The notes under the pieces are model-generated. The model was not told the DNA's origin and ran no database searches. It saw nothing but the letters and a program-made list of their open reading frames with translations. DNA of 64,000 nt, taken from contig OZ176052.1 in the NCBI GenBank assembly GCA_964247055.1, forward strand, positions 3,224,001-3,288,000, in the 5' to 3' direction. Below are positions 14,179 to 27,387 of this stretch, in pieces. The position numbers were made by a program, and so were the translations under genes. Origin of the DNA: Paragordius varius. Lineage: Eukaryota > Animalia > Nematomorpha. Each line of letters starts with the position of its first letter. Position 1 is the first letter of the stretch.

Positions 14179-15944
14179 ATGGACCTACATATGTGCTCAC
14201 CAACTCAACAGCAATATACCGATCAGCAAAGAAAATGGATATACGATTATTTATAGTATTATATATTTATATCTCATTATCAGCTATCAAAATTATTTAT
14301 ATTTTTGGCGACAACATTTCTTTATTCCGCCTTGTTATAATTATCCACAGCCGATTAATTATGAACCAAATCTTTCAAACAATCATAATAATCAAATACA
14401 ATCGATAGGATCAGTGTCTTTTGGTTTTATTATTCATAATAACTTGCATTTAGAAATAAGAAGTTTTAAATTAGCCTCCTTATACAAAAGATTTTGCGCA
14501 GAGGCGATAGATTTTATATTTTTACTAGTTATCAAAGTTATTGTCATGTTTATCGTCATGGACATATTTGATGATTTGTAAGTAAATATGCCAATTTATC
14601 TGCTTAGAAATTTTGAAAAGATATTTGACATATCAATGAACCCACTCGAATTCAATATAAACTTTTCCACTAATTTATTGTTACTAGAATTATTTCACAA
14701 AATTTTAGTTAGCATAATTGAGGTATCTTTAATGATCTTTTATTATTTTTTTAAAGAGAACATTTATTCATGAAGGTTTTTTTCTATATAGGCTGTTTAT
14801 ACGAGAAAAGGGCATTTTTCAGTTGGGGGATCAACACCAGGAAAAATTGTTATGAAAATTAAAATTGTGACATGCAATCAATTATTAATATCTACTTCGG
14901 ATTTACACCGTTATTACATCTTTCCTGCCGGTGATTTAGGTCTGTTAAGGTAAATGTGTCATATTTTCAACCCAGTCAAATTAAAAAATTATGTTGCAAA
15001 ATAAATTTAAGGATTCGACTATAATAAATATTATTTAAATTTATACTGAATGGAAGTCAATTAAAGAACTTTTTTTACTTCATAATGCTATTCATGGCAA
15101 GATTAATGTTTTATATTTTCAAACGACGGCTAGTTGGCTTGATGTGAACTAATAGCTGAGGTTAATTACTGTTCTACCAAACATTTATTTTCAAGTTTTT
15201 TACAAAAGCATATTGAAAATTTTAACCTCGGTTTAGCTTAAACACCATGTATTCGGATCAAGATAAACTTAAATTATCTACTAAAAATTCTTTATCCACT
15301 AAATATATATGGTTAGCGGTAAATTTTTATAAAAAAAGTTTGGCATAAACTACAATGTAATAGGGCCGGGGCGGTTTGTGAAACCAAAAACCGATTGATT
15401 CATAAATTGAAAATTAAAAAGGTTTTAAAAGATAGGAATAAAATTTTATTTTGCAAAGGTCATCAAAATTTCTTAATTCAATCGACAATATTTGCAGTTA
15501 ATGCATTAATTTAGCTTTAATTTTCTAATTTTTAATTTAATCTATTTATAATCCAATCCACAATATATGCAATTTGTATATTAATTTTGCTTTAATTTTC
15601 TAATTTTTAAGTTTTATCATCTATTTATTCAAGAAATCGTCGTATCTATATCTTTATGTTAGAATTTTAGATTTATCCTTTTTTTAGTTCATTTCAAATA
15701 ACTATATTTCCATAGAAATATATATGTATATATATACTCATATTCCGATATTCTTATTTTACATACACACAATTTTTTATTTAAATATAAATTATACTAA
15801 TATAGGGCACTAGCACGGTCATTTCTAAAGAATTTTGCACTATCCCTATTTTTCCCAACCATGTTTATTGGCTTTGTAACGTCGGGACGTTTAACCCATG
15901 ATTATATTTGTCAAACTGTCGTGGTTGAGGATGACACAGTATAA
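14179..15944 (+). CDS. FAM8A1: FAM8A1 (RDD-domain membrane protein, HRD1/ERAD partner), 5-6 exons
   Basis: ATG at 14179 (MDLHMCSP...YTDQQRKWIYDYLYYQNY). Introns at 14256-14283, 14578-14607, ~14723-14791 and ~14951-15806. RDD motifs: LASLYKRFCAEAIDFIFLLVIK, GGSTPGKIVMKIKIVTC and RALARSFLKNFALSLFFP...HDYICQTVVV. Stop TAA at 15942-15944. Confidence 0.9.
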
Positions 15945-17726
15945 ATGCGAATCAAATGTTTGTTTATGATTGATGCAATTTACATATTGAATTTTACATG
16001 TATAATAAATTAACACACATTTATGCTTTTTATAAAATAAACGGAATAATTACCAATCTAAACTGGTGGATGTAAAATACAGCGTCTGAAATGTAATTAA
16101 CTATCATTTATGCATGATTTAGAAATTTAAAAGTATATTTTTAAATAAACGCTTGAGTTTTTTTTAAACTAGATATTAACCAAGTTGATTATGGAAGTTA
16201 GTTTATAGGTGGGATAAATAAAACAATCAAACCAATAATCTATTAAGGAAAGTCCCATTATTTGGATTACCATCAAATGAATAATTTTTACACAAGAGAG
16301 ACAATGTTCAAATATGCTTGGTTGGCTGTTTTTAACTCTAAGACACTGTTAAATTAATACCTAGTTAAAATTGGGAATAATAAAAAATAATACGAGCCTA
16401 GATAAAACAGAATATGATTCACCTGAAAATAATTTATTATGCTTGGATTCCAGATAGAAAAATGGGTCAGGATCTTCATTGTGTTATTGGTTTGGCTTAG
16501 AGATTAACCTAATATATTAAATTCTATCGTAAAGTAGTGTAGATCCTAATTCTAGCCCGCTGGTTTTTACTAGATGCTTGCATGGAATTAGAGTTGAATC
16601 TGATACGAATACAATTCTGTAAAAGCATTATCAGGTTCAATAGTTATATTATTTTTTCTTGTATTTTGTGAGACAATATTTTAGGGTAACTCTTTCTGCA
16701 TGAACATTTTCGATTATATTTCCTAAAAGCTTAACAATTTATTTTATTAGCTGTTTTTCATTTTTAGATATACTTCAATTTAAATCTTTTTTATTACGGA
16801 TTTTTATTGTCTTACCTTTTGTATTAAATATCTTTGACATAAGTGTGACACTTATTCAGACTTATGTATATATATTATTCATTCGATATAAATTCTTCAT
16901 AAATGTGATAACTATTCCATTTTATTTGACTTCACCTCCGTGACCTCCGTTTTTAGTGAATATAGAGGCAGCCTTAGCTTATCTAATGAACCGTATATCT
17001 TTTACGAGAAGACAATCACACAGGTCTGATTGATAACACTGTGCAACAAAATATGGGGTCAATTTTCTGGACTCGATTTTCAAAATATTTTCTGATTCCT
17101 TATAGTATTGTGATCAGATTCGCGTAAAAAATTTTTTTACTTACCCAGCTCGTTTTCGAGATATGGGACTTTTTCCATATTTGGACATATCCAAAATTTT
17201 CTTGTTTGTAAATATTTTTCGCTATGTAAACAAATAATATGTGGCTTACATAAGTATTTTTACAAGAAATTACCAATTTATCTTCAAAATAAAAAAAAAT
17301 TTACTCAAAATATCCAATACTTTTTGTTTTAGGGGGCAAAAACCCTCAAAAATTGGGTAACTTAACATTTTTTCACACAAATATTTTTTATCAATTTATT
17401 AAATCAAAACAAACTTTATTATATGTTCTTGGATGTTAATGATGTTTGTTTCAGTTTAAATATCACTTTGTAATAGCTTTGTGGACTTTAATTTTAAAAA
17501 ATAAATTTAATTTTTACATCTTTTTTGCTGTTTTTTTATGTAAAAAAAGCTAAATTTTACTCAGCTACATATAATATATTCTTTATTTCATATGATATTT
17601 TTAAATATTTCCCACACTTAAATATACTCCATATCAGTTTTTTCATCAAAAAATATTATTATATACCCAAAATGTACAAAAAATATAATTAATACCCAAG
17701 TATATATATATATTTATAATTTTAGG

Positions 17727-18171
17727 ATGGATAAAAATATTGGCCATATATGTGGACAATACACAAAAAAACTAATAGTATAAACATTACCACTTACATA
17801 AAAAACTATTTTTTTTATATTATGGGGAACCTAGATTTGGGCCCCGAACACCGTATCTCGGACATGTAGCATTAGTTTAGGAGCATGGTACCACAAAACC
17901 GGACCTAGACTCCCTTGGGGTATCCCTATGATATGGCGAGAGCCAAAATTCTGAATGTTACTTTTGTGCAGTTCCAAAACCATTTCTTATTAACATTACC
18001 AAAAAAAACAAAAAACCTATCGAATATCCAAACTTTTCCTGTGCAATTCGTCCTGTTTATCATTCCATTGACCTTCCCGTACCTTCATCTCCAACCATTC
18101 ATATCGATTTATTTGATATGATGGATGATACTGATTTGGAATTTTATCATCAAGATATAAAGGACAACTAA
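17727..18171 (+). pseudogene. Frameshifted, internally deleted Chapaev3 transposase fragment
   Basis: Across frameshifts it reads HICGQYT...NITTYIKNYF...MGNLD/WAPNTVSRTC...LGAW...LPWGIPMIWREPK/SECYFC...KNKKPIEYPNFSCAIRPVYHSIDLPVPSSP, then FYHQDIK. This matches the recalled Chapaev3 consensus (CYICGEY, WAPHxxC, FGVPMVWREP, DCYFC, YPNLxSAIRPVPH; C-terminal ERFHQDIK). Confidence 0.85.
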
Positions 18172-19170
18172 TAAATTAAGTAGCACTGAGGTGATATCCC
18201 TAATCAAAAAATTGCATTTCTCAAAACGGTATTTTTAGAAAACCCTTCGAAAAAACCTATCGAAACAATATAAATTTAATTTGCGATTATATATATATGA
18301 ATAAATAAATTATTATTTTATTTTTTCTACACCTAATTTACTTTATTTAAAGTCTAGATTAGATTATCCGTGTCTTAACATCTGTACACCAAAATATATT
18401 CTAAATATTCACTCTAATAACTGATTATAATTAGGATTTGCATATAGTTCAATATATTATGATGAAATCATTTATTAATGGTATTATATTTTATTTAAAC
18501 GTTTTTGATAAGATATGGCATATCCAATTTTCTCTGCACCGTCCATATTGAAAGCTAATCTATTAGCTGATGTGATAAATTGTTGCGATTGGGTACTTTG
18601 CCATGGTAATATAACTGATGGATATATTGTTTTTATAAGAATGTATGAAAGTAATCAATAAAATACTTTTATATGGCAGCCGCCAAAATCGAATTGGTAA
18701 ATAATTTAATTACTTGGGCGATGTCATACATTGCCTAAGTAGAATAAACCAATCAGTTATTATATAGATCCCAACAGGCTGGGGTAAAATATCATTAACT
18801 TAAATTTATGTTTAAAAATAAACACATATCAGCAAAAAACAAAGGTTTGATTAGAGTTGTTGATAAGCGACAATAGTTTAAATTAAATGAAACGTTAACG
18901 ACAAAAAACAATAATTTAACCGAAGAGACGATAACCCAAATAAAATTTATAAGAATATATGATTAAAATTATTAAAAATATAATTTAGTATATGAGGGTG
19001 CTTTCCTTTGATTTCCCTGTGGCATACGTACTGTTCCCTAAACAACTGAAATTTTATGGGTGATTCAACTTTAAAAAGAATTCATTTCTGAGTATCGTAA
19101 AACTTCCTCAGGGTAATAAGCTTCTTTAGATTGCACTCTTGACAAAGAGGGAATCATCCATATCCCTAAA

Positions 19171-19171
<1 letters not shown>

Positions 19172-19215
<44 letters not shown>
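19172..19215. repeat. (TA)n microsatellite; others at ~50-68, ~8866-8882, ~10996-11020, ~28434-28456, ~49190-49206 and ~59960-59978
   Basis: Directly visible dinucleotide runs. Confidence 0.95.
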
Positions 19216-19217
<2 letters not shown>

Positions 19218-20217
19218 GTATTTGATGGTATCAAGGTGTGTTCTTCTCTTATCCAAAAGGCAAACGATTTTTCCGATTCAGAATTCAATTACAAATTTAT
19301 ATAAGAATCATTGTCCATTTCGTATTATTTTAAAATATTTAAAAATGAAGCAAACGAAACATATCTGACACCATATATGGTCAAAATTTAAAAATTTCAG
19401 ATGAAAAAATGAAATTTGTATTTACAGCTGAGTAAATTAAATCATTTTTTACATAAAAAAAGCAACAAAAAAGCTGTAAAAATTAAATTTATTTTTAAAA
19501 ATAAAAGTCCACAAAGCTATTACAAAGTGATGTTTATATTTAAACAAACAATATTAACATCCAAAAACATATAATAAAGTTTGTTTTGATTTAATAAATT
19601 GATAAAAAATATTTGTGTGAAAAAATGTTAAGTTACCCAATTTTTGAGGGTTTTTGCCCCCTAAAACAAAAAGTATTGGATATTTTGAGTAAATTTTTTT
19701 TATTTTGAAGATAAATTGGTATTTTCTTGTAAAAATACTTATGTAAGCCACATATTATTTGTTTACATAGCGAAAAATATTTACAAACAAGAAAATTTTG
19801 GATATGTCCAAATATGGAAAAAGTCCCATATCTCGAAAACGAGCTGGGTAAGTAAAAAAATTTTTTACGCGAATCTGATCACAATACTAAAAGGAATCAG
19901 AAAATATTTAGAAAATCGAGTCCAGAAAAAGTTGTGTCACCGTGTAACTTTAAATTTAGAATTTTATATTAAATAGACTTTTGTATTATTTATTTTATCA
20001 GAAATGATATTCTTTATGCCTTTTTTGAAGATATTTTTACTTTAGCCCAGGATCAGATGAAATTGGGTCCTTTAGACCTCCTCTTGGGTTACTACAATCC
20101 TTTTCTAAAGCCCCTCTATTAAATACCTGATTTTATTGCAACATGCGACCCTTTTGAACATGTTTAAAATGATATTTAAAATACTGAAAGAGACGGTTTC
20201 AATTAAATTTTATGCTT

Positions 20218-22010
20218 TAGAGCGATTTGAAATTTAAATATTTTAAAAAGTGTTTGGTTTTAAACCTAATTTTAAAATATGCTTTTTAAGCGCATTATAC
20301 AAAAAACTTTTTTTAAAAAAAATGTAATATCTAATAAATTGCTCATGTCAAACTTTTTTTGCGGCCATTTTTTTCTATAATTTTTTTTAACTCTCATGCA
20401 ACAGGCAAAAAATTTATATTATGATTAGAAAATGTAAATAATTAATTTTAAAAGCTTTGTTGGCTGCATATATACCAAAAAACTTGATACAATTTGATTT
20501 TAATATCAGCTCTTCGTTTCAATCGTTTTTTTAAGCTGTCCCAATTAGAGCTTCTAGCAGTCACACACTTTAAAAAATATAAGTTTTTTTTATCTACACG
20601 AGAAAAATATTTGAAAATTAAATTTAAATAAAATAACTTTAAAAATGTATTTTATTTACGAAATTGAGCACTGAAATATAAAATTCCCAAAAGGTAAACT
20701 AGGACAAAAAAGTGAAAGGTTTAAAAACGTCCATTATGCTTATATGCCATTATTAATTTACATCATTTTAGATAACGGTTTTGTATACTAACGCTAAAAT
20801 TAAAGTTGATTTATCTTTATCACATCTACATTTGTATAAACAGAAAAAAATGGTTTATTTTACATTATTTTTATATTACGCTAAACACATATATATTATG
20901 TTGGCTAAATTTCTTTATTTACCATAAAATAATTCAAGTTCAATAATTTTTTTTAATTCAGTGCATTGTTATGTGTGGAAATTTAGCAATGGTTACAAAG
21001 ATTTTATATTTTTTAAAATATTTCTTAAAAGTTACCAACGACCCTATTTTAAATTGAAAGACCGAACTGAATGTATTTATCCAAGCAGTTAAATTTTTAA
21101 TGTATTGCGTTAAATTTATAAATAAGCTTTCTTTAGCTTTTACGCATGATTTTATATCATGCGTGTAAAACTGTAAGAATTTCTCATCAAATTCGCAGTT
21201 TTTTAAAAAAATTTAAATCGTTAAAACAACAGGCAAATGTATATTAATATATGTAAATTGATTAAAAGTCTTTTACGCCCTATTTAGCCATAAATCGTGG
21301 ATATTTATTGTTTTAATCAGCTGTTTGTTTCAAACCTGCTTTGTGTCCCGATTCGGGATTCCAGAAATAAAAATTGTAAACAAATTGTTTTGAACATAGT
21401 GACAATTAAAATTATCAAAACAACTGAGTTGTATATTTACAAGCTTGGGCTTTGAGATATATATTCCATAGTAAATAGTTTTAAAGGCTAAATTTTAGTC
21501 GCACCATGGCATTCTTAAAAACAATCATTAAGTATTCCTTTACTTTAAAATATCCGATTTTATTTAGCTGAACTCATAACTAAAAAGATTAAATACCACT
21601 TCATTACCTTTTCACTTTTTTGTCATAGTTTACCTTTTGGAAAGTTTTTATCCCAAAGCACAATTTTGTAAATAACTTCAGTTTTAGAAGATAATTTTAT
21701 AAATAAACATTGTTCTCGTGCATTTGAAAAAAAGCTTTTCTTTACAGTTTTGTGACTCTAGGTTAAAATTGGGACAGCCCAAATACTGAACAGCTAAATG
21801 ATTACTAAAGTTTTGCTGTTAAAATGTAGCCTTTAAGCTTTCGAAGGTAATTACTTAGATTTTTTAAGGATAATAAGCACCTCTTTGCCTGTTGCAATAA
21901 ATTAAAAAGATATAGGAAAAAATTGCAAGTTTGAGATGAGAAATTTTTTTAAAAATATTTGTATAATGGGCCTAAAAGACTGAACAAAGCTGATTTTTAT
22001 ATTCGGCCCA
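20218..22010. mobile_element. Non-autonomous foldback element (family D) with long diverged inverted arms
   Basis: ~20218-20730 is an inverted copy of ~21590-22010 (shared blocks ccaaaaggtaaacta..caaaaaagtgaaa and cccattatacaaa). There is a short hairpin at 21138-21170. Exact ends and TSD were not resolved. Confidence 0.6.
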
Positions 22011-22147
22011 ATATCTTAAATATATCTATAATATTCAAATTATAAATAGGTATATAATACTTTTCTTTTTACTAATGACAACTTGAAGTTAGAATATTTT
22101 TTCTTTAAAAATTTAGTAGTAAAAGCAGTTGTTCACCAATTTTGTAT

Positions 22148-25100
22148 ATGGAAAGTAATCGAGACGAGAGTGATAGATGCTTTACTTTGGCTCGCAAGTA
22201 TATGCGGGAAGGTGATTATGAACGTGCACTTAAATTCATTAAAAAGGCAGAAAAATTGTTTCCATCCCAAAACATAAAATGTAATCATATATTATTTAAT
22301 ATTTAGCCCTACACCAAGAAATTTTAAATTTATACAAAACCGGTTCTGGCACAACTAACACCAATACGAATGAAAATGGTGGTGGGGAAACCACCTTTAC
22401 TCGACACAGATCTCCATCTCGAAGCAAGGGTTATTACACTAAAGAAGATATTGAAGCCATTAAAAGGTAAATAATGTTTATGATTATACTATAGACTTAA
22501 AAAGTGTAAAGATTATTATGAAATATTGGGGATAACTCGTGCGGCCTCTGATTCCGAAGTCAAAAAAGCCTATCGCAAATTGGCTCTTCAATTTCATCCG
22601 GACAAAAATAAAGCGCCCGGAGCAGCAGAAGCATTTAAAGGTTAATAGCAATTAAAAGATGAATTGAAAATAAGCGAAAATACTATTTTTTATGTTTGTC
22701 CAATTGAGAATACTTAAATATCTTTTCAAGCTTTTTTTTAAAAAAACACTGGATCAAACAAAACATATATTTTTTGTTAAGAAAGCAACTATCATATGAC
22801 ATAAAATAAAACGAGCACATATATTGACTTACCAAAAATCGTTTTTACATAGTTTAATTCGGTAAATAATTAGATACATTACATATTTTCTTAACATAAA
22901 TTGTATGCAATATTTCAAAAATAATGAAAGATACAATATTTTTGCCTTTAAATAATTTTTTTCTAGCCAATCATATATTAATTGTTAAATTCATTTTATT
23001 GCATGATCATAACTAAATATTTTTAAAATTTGTTTAATTGGTATTAACATATTTTGCAATTTTAAAAACCAAATATGCTCTCAATACCTTGTTAAATTTG
23101 TTAATGTGGAATTTAATCCCTTCCTTATAAGTTTTTCAATATATTATTTACCCATATATAAATTTAGCTATTGGCAATGCATTTGCCACCCTTAGCGATC
23201 CCGATAAACGTAGACTTTATGATATGAGAGGACCTGAAGTAGAACGCATTTCTCACCGGAGAGCTACTGAAGATTTTTTTGAATATGATTATGCCAGGGG
23301 TTTTGATAGTAAGTTTTCCAAATATTATCTTAGAATGTGCAATTATTTTATTATGTTGTAAAAATTTTATAATTAGTTAAGAATAAAAGATGTAAATATA
23401 TGGTTTTTGATTATAAAAACTATTATTACATTAGGGTCGGAGAACCGTAATCAGTTTTCTTTTTTTCTATGATATGCATTTTTTGTTTAATAATCCTATG
23501 GTCAGTCAAAATATTTATTTACTACAAGTTAAAATTTCCGTATAGACTTTATAAAAGTTTTATATATTTGTTTTAGGCTTATGAAAAATCAAATATTTAA
23601 CTTTTCTATATTCTCCTTGTCTAAGTATCTAAGCGGTTTTATAGTTTTTGTATTTAAATATTCCTTTTATAGGTGATTTGAATGCAGAAGACATTTTCAA
23701 TCTCTTTTTTGGTGGTGGAATGCAAAATCGAAGTATTTATCTATATACTATGGCATTATTTTATATTTTCGGATGTAATAACAAATTAAATTTAATTATT
23801 TATAATTTGATCGATTTTCTTGAAAAAAAATTGTCTGATTAACATTTCATACAGCTAATTTAACTTTATAAATTAAATTGAATCGAATTGAAAAATTCGA
23901 ATTGGAAAAGGTATTATTTAATATGTTGTTAAACCATCATTAAAATTAATATATAATTTTTATTGCCCTAAAATACTAGATTTTTATCGAACGCCTGGGA
24001 ATACTTATAGAACTGCGCGTAATGTTAATCGCGGTCATCACACCAATTATGCTACGTCTCATCAACACCACACTACCGCTCACAATAATGAAGAGGTGGT
24101 GTTTTTTATATTTAATTTTGATTGATTAATATTTAGTTATTCACTTTATTTTACATATTATTAGAGATATAAGTATAAAAACTAACTTTTAGGCATTTAC
24201 AGTTTTTAAGGTAACTTTGGTATCATTTATGTAATATGGGTTAACATTTGAAATAATATGGTAAAAGGGCTTCCGAAAAATTGGGGTCAGCCCATATGAC
24301 CGTGAATTTAAATCAGATGTTTCCAACCCAAATAAATGGCTTCGCGGGCCGCATTCAGAAAATATATATGGACTTTAACAATATTTTGTTAGATTTTAGT
24401 CCTAAGACTGTAAAAACAACATTTTTTTGCTAGTTCATTGCCGAAATTCGGAAATAATTGGCAGAAATATTGTTTAAAATAATATTTTTCTCTTAGATTT
24501 CGTAAAATTTTGTATTTGTATAGCGAGCTTCATGTTGGATCTAATTTAGATTAAAACTTTTTTATGGGGATGAAAACGCTAAAATATAAATTGAGGGCAT
24601 ATACATACAACATTTTATGTCATATTAAATTTAATTCTCGTAAAAAATAATTAAATTAAACTATCCAAATTTTTGATACATTTTAGAGATTTTTTTCCAA
24701 CAAAACATAAAATATGATAAGTAATTAAATTTATAACATTTAACACTTCAAATTTACCCTTGAACAATTCTTAACTAAAAATAAATTGTTTTTTAAGTTT
24801 AAAATAATATTTTTAATATTTTTGCGAATAAAATTTTGTTTAATACAATACTGAAAAAGAAACTAAGCCATAAAGATATATTCCATTTTAATGAGTTATA
24901 GACTGTAAAATTATAATTTATTTTAGGGTGAATTTTAAATGTTCAAGGGTGAATGTGAATTGTAAATGGTATATATTTTAAAAGATATATAAATTTTGGA
25001 TAGAATATAGTTAAAATAAATTTTACAAGATTTCATCCATTTGTACATTAATCTCGTTGACAATCATATTAGAATCGTATGGTTAATTTTACATTTTGAG

Positions 25101-27387
25101 TTATTTGAAACCATATTATTTAATTTTTTTTATGTTATATTTATTATTTTAGAGCGGTCATGCCCTTATATTTCAATTACTGCCTATCCTTGTGCTAATT
25201 TTCATTTCTTTTTTCAGCAATTTTTTAACGCCTTCACCAACATTCAAATTTGAGGAGGAGGGGTATTGCTATTTATTTTTTGTGATTAATTTGCTTCATT
25301 TTTAAATAAATTTTGCGTTTTTTACTTTTTTTTTGAATTGTTAGTAGGGTTGTGCATTTGACTGCTTTTTCAAAAAAGTCCGGTCAGACCAAAGGGTCAT
25401 GACCACTTTTTACTTAAGAAAATATCATGCGATATTTAATTGTGAATAAAATGCTCGAACGACACTGGCGTTTCACTAATATTGTGTTTTTTCTTAAATA
25501 TTATTTAATAGTTTCAATCAAATTTAATCAAGAAATTTTGTTTTCAAATAAATATTGCCACATGTTTGTGGCTTTCTAAATCTTCAAATACATAGCTTTT
25601 AATACTGGATATTTCAAAAAAAAATTTACCTAGTTTGTTTTACACTTTCTTTCATCAATGAATTAATATCCAATTATAAAATGTTTTTTTTCTTTTTATT
25701 AGTTCACATATATGTAATAATTGCATATTTTCAAAGTGCTTAATTGTTGTGTTTTTCGAAATAACTGGATATGCTTAAATGCTAATGTTATAAGGATGCC
25801 TAACAATTTTTAATATATTGTCAAATAATATTTTATTTTAACTGTTTTAAAATATTAAAATACAATAAAATCCTATTAGCTCTTTTCCAAAAAATTAAGC
25901 AATTTTTCAAAAAACAGCTGTTTTTTAAATGACCATGGTCAAAAAATGAATAGTCATTGACCTGATCATGACTTGGTCAGCACAACCCTAATTGTTAGAT
26001 ATATAAACAATCGGGATATTAGAATTTTTCATTTTCTTTTAAATGACTATAAAATGAAACTTTAAAGTTAATAAACCATTATTTTTTTAATAAATGATTT
26101 CGTTATTTCTATAACTTTTATAATTACAATTGTTACCAATTCCCTTTCTATTCATTATGGCCCAACCCACAATAATATGTATCATAAAAAAATCAAGGCT
26201 TATCAATATAAGTTTCCTTATGAAAAATAATATTAGTTTTTTATTTTTATGTTTTGTCTTTATAATATTAATTTTTATTGTAATTTTTATGTAGCTCATA
26301 TAACATTTTGCGTGAAACTGCCGACCTAAGGGTCAAATACTATGTCAGACACGATTTCGATCAAAAATATCCCGATAAACGCAAAATAGAGCGTGAAATT
26401 GAACGGAAATATTACATTAAATTGAGGGATGAATGTTCGGCTGAAATCTCACAAAGTAATATTGTTATATTTTATTTCATAAATATATTTACTATAAAAA
26501 TATTATTTGATGATATGATTTTATTTTTTATACACTCAGTATATTAAGTTCTTGTTTTTATAATATTAAAATTGAATACTATCAATGATATCTATTATTA
26601 TTTTTTGGGGTATTTTATATACCAGAGCGATTTGAAATTTGGAAATGGTAAAAGTATTTTAGCTATTAACTCGAATTTAAAAATATACTGCCTTTTGAGT
26701 CTTTTAGGCCCATTATACAAAAAATTGATTTATAAATATGTAAAAAATTCCTCATCTCAAACTTTTTTACCGCCATTTTTTCCTATATTTTTTTAAAATC
26801 GCTATTGCTACAGGGAAATAAATGTCTATTATGGTTAGAAAATGAATTAGTTAACTTAAAAAAAGCTTTCAGGCTACATTGTACCAGCAAAAACTCATAT
26901 ATTTTGATTTTAATATCAGCTACTCGTTCCAATCTTCAAACTCAAAAATCACAAAATTGTAAAAATTTAATTTTTTTTTATAAATGAGAACAATGTTTGA
27001 TAATTATAACTAAAATAGTTCCAATAAATTTATTTACGAGATTGAGCTCTGGGATAGAAAACTACCCCAAAAGGTAAACTAAGAGAAAAAAAAGTCAAAA
27101 GTAATAAAACGTTAAATCAATTATTAACATAATAATATATTGCAATTATATGTTTGAAATTCCAATCCCCATTCTTAACACCTTTGATTTACATCAATTT
27201 TATATATTTTTTTGTCATTACTTACTTAGAATCTTACTATATTCGACAAGCCGAGTTTTATGGTAACCGACATTTGTTGGAAAAAGCGCAAAAGATGGCA
27301 ACTCCCATATGTGATTACTATTATGCTTTGGAAGAGAAAATTAAAATGTTGAATAAAAAATTTTCACCTTACAATGATTATCTCTGA
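22148..27387 (+). CDS. DNAJB12: DnaJ homolog subfamily B member 12/14 (ER-membrane J protein), 9 exons
   Basis: N-terminus [12 protein letters not shown]...[14 protein letters not shown] domain CKDYYEILG...[38 protein letters not shown]. Then [14 protein letters not shown] segment [15 protein letters not shown], and DUF1977 region [12 protein letters not shown]...EREIERKY...LRDEC. All joins are GT-AG and in phase; stop TGA at 27387. B12 versus B14 orthology is not resolved. Confidence 0.95.
24735..24969. mobile_element. MITE family C copy
   Basis: aaatttacccttgaaca ... ttttagggtgaatt...tgttcaagggtgaa...tgtaaatggTA. Confidence 0.75.
25345..25990. mobile_element. hAT-type MITE (646 bp) in a DNAJB12 intron
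   Basis: Perfect 11-bp TIR (TAGGGTTGTGC...GCACAACCCTA) and an exact 8-bp TSD, ATTGTTAG, at 25337-25344 and 25991-25998. Confidence 0.85.
26625..27112 (+). mobile_element. Solo arm of family D element in the last DNAJB12 intron
   Basis: Colinear similarity to 20218-20730 (gagcgatttgaaattt..., tttgattttaatatcagct..., ccaaaaggtaaacta). Confidence 0.65.

Larger units (their letters stand above)
17037..19944 (+). mobile_element. Chapaev3-type (CMC superfamily) DNA transposon, non-autonomous, with ~510-bp inverted arms
   Basis: Termini are CACTGTG (17037) and CACCGTG (ends 19944), with TAA on both flanks (3-bp TWA TSD). 17062-17578 is a near-identical reverse complement of ~19420-19929. An internal decayed Chapaev3 transposase is present (next feature). 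Confidence 0.8.

Noticed and set aside
16430-16640. Plus-strand IYYAW...FYRKVV*ILILARWF, resembling the LINE RT C-terminal region
   Set aside because: Short, stop-interrupted and not distinguishable from chance by eye.
18980-19170. Frame with two in-frame TGA codons (GYG*FPLC...QK*ILF) suggesting selenocysteine or a reassigned stop
   Set aside because: It lies inside a transposon, has no selenoprotein motif or visible SECIS, and the intact genes use TAA and TGA as stops. Pseudogene decay is the simpler explanation.
23432-23970. TAGGG...CCCTA ends suggesting a hAT element enclosing a DNAJB12 exon
   Set aside because: The flanks give no 8-bp TSD and the TIR match is only 5-6 bp.
26087-26299. 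Antisense 70-aa ORF in a DNAJB12 intron, and the many other short ORF-track entries in AT-rich DNA
   Set aside because: Low-complexity I/K/F/N composition with no homology; most are antisense shadows of real exons or lie within MITEs.
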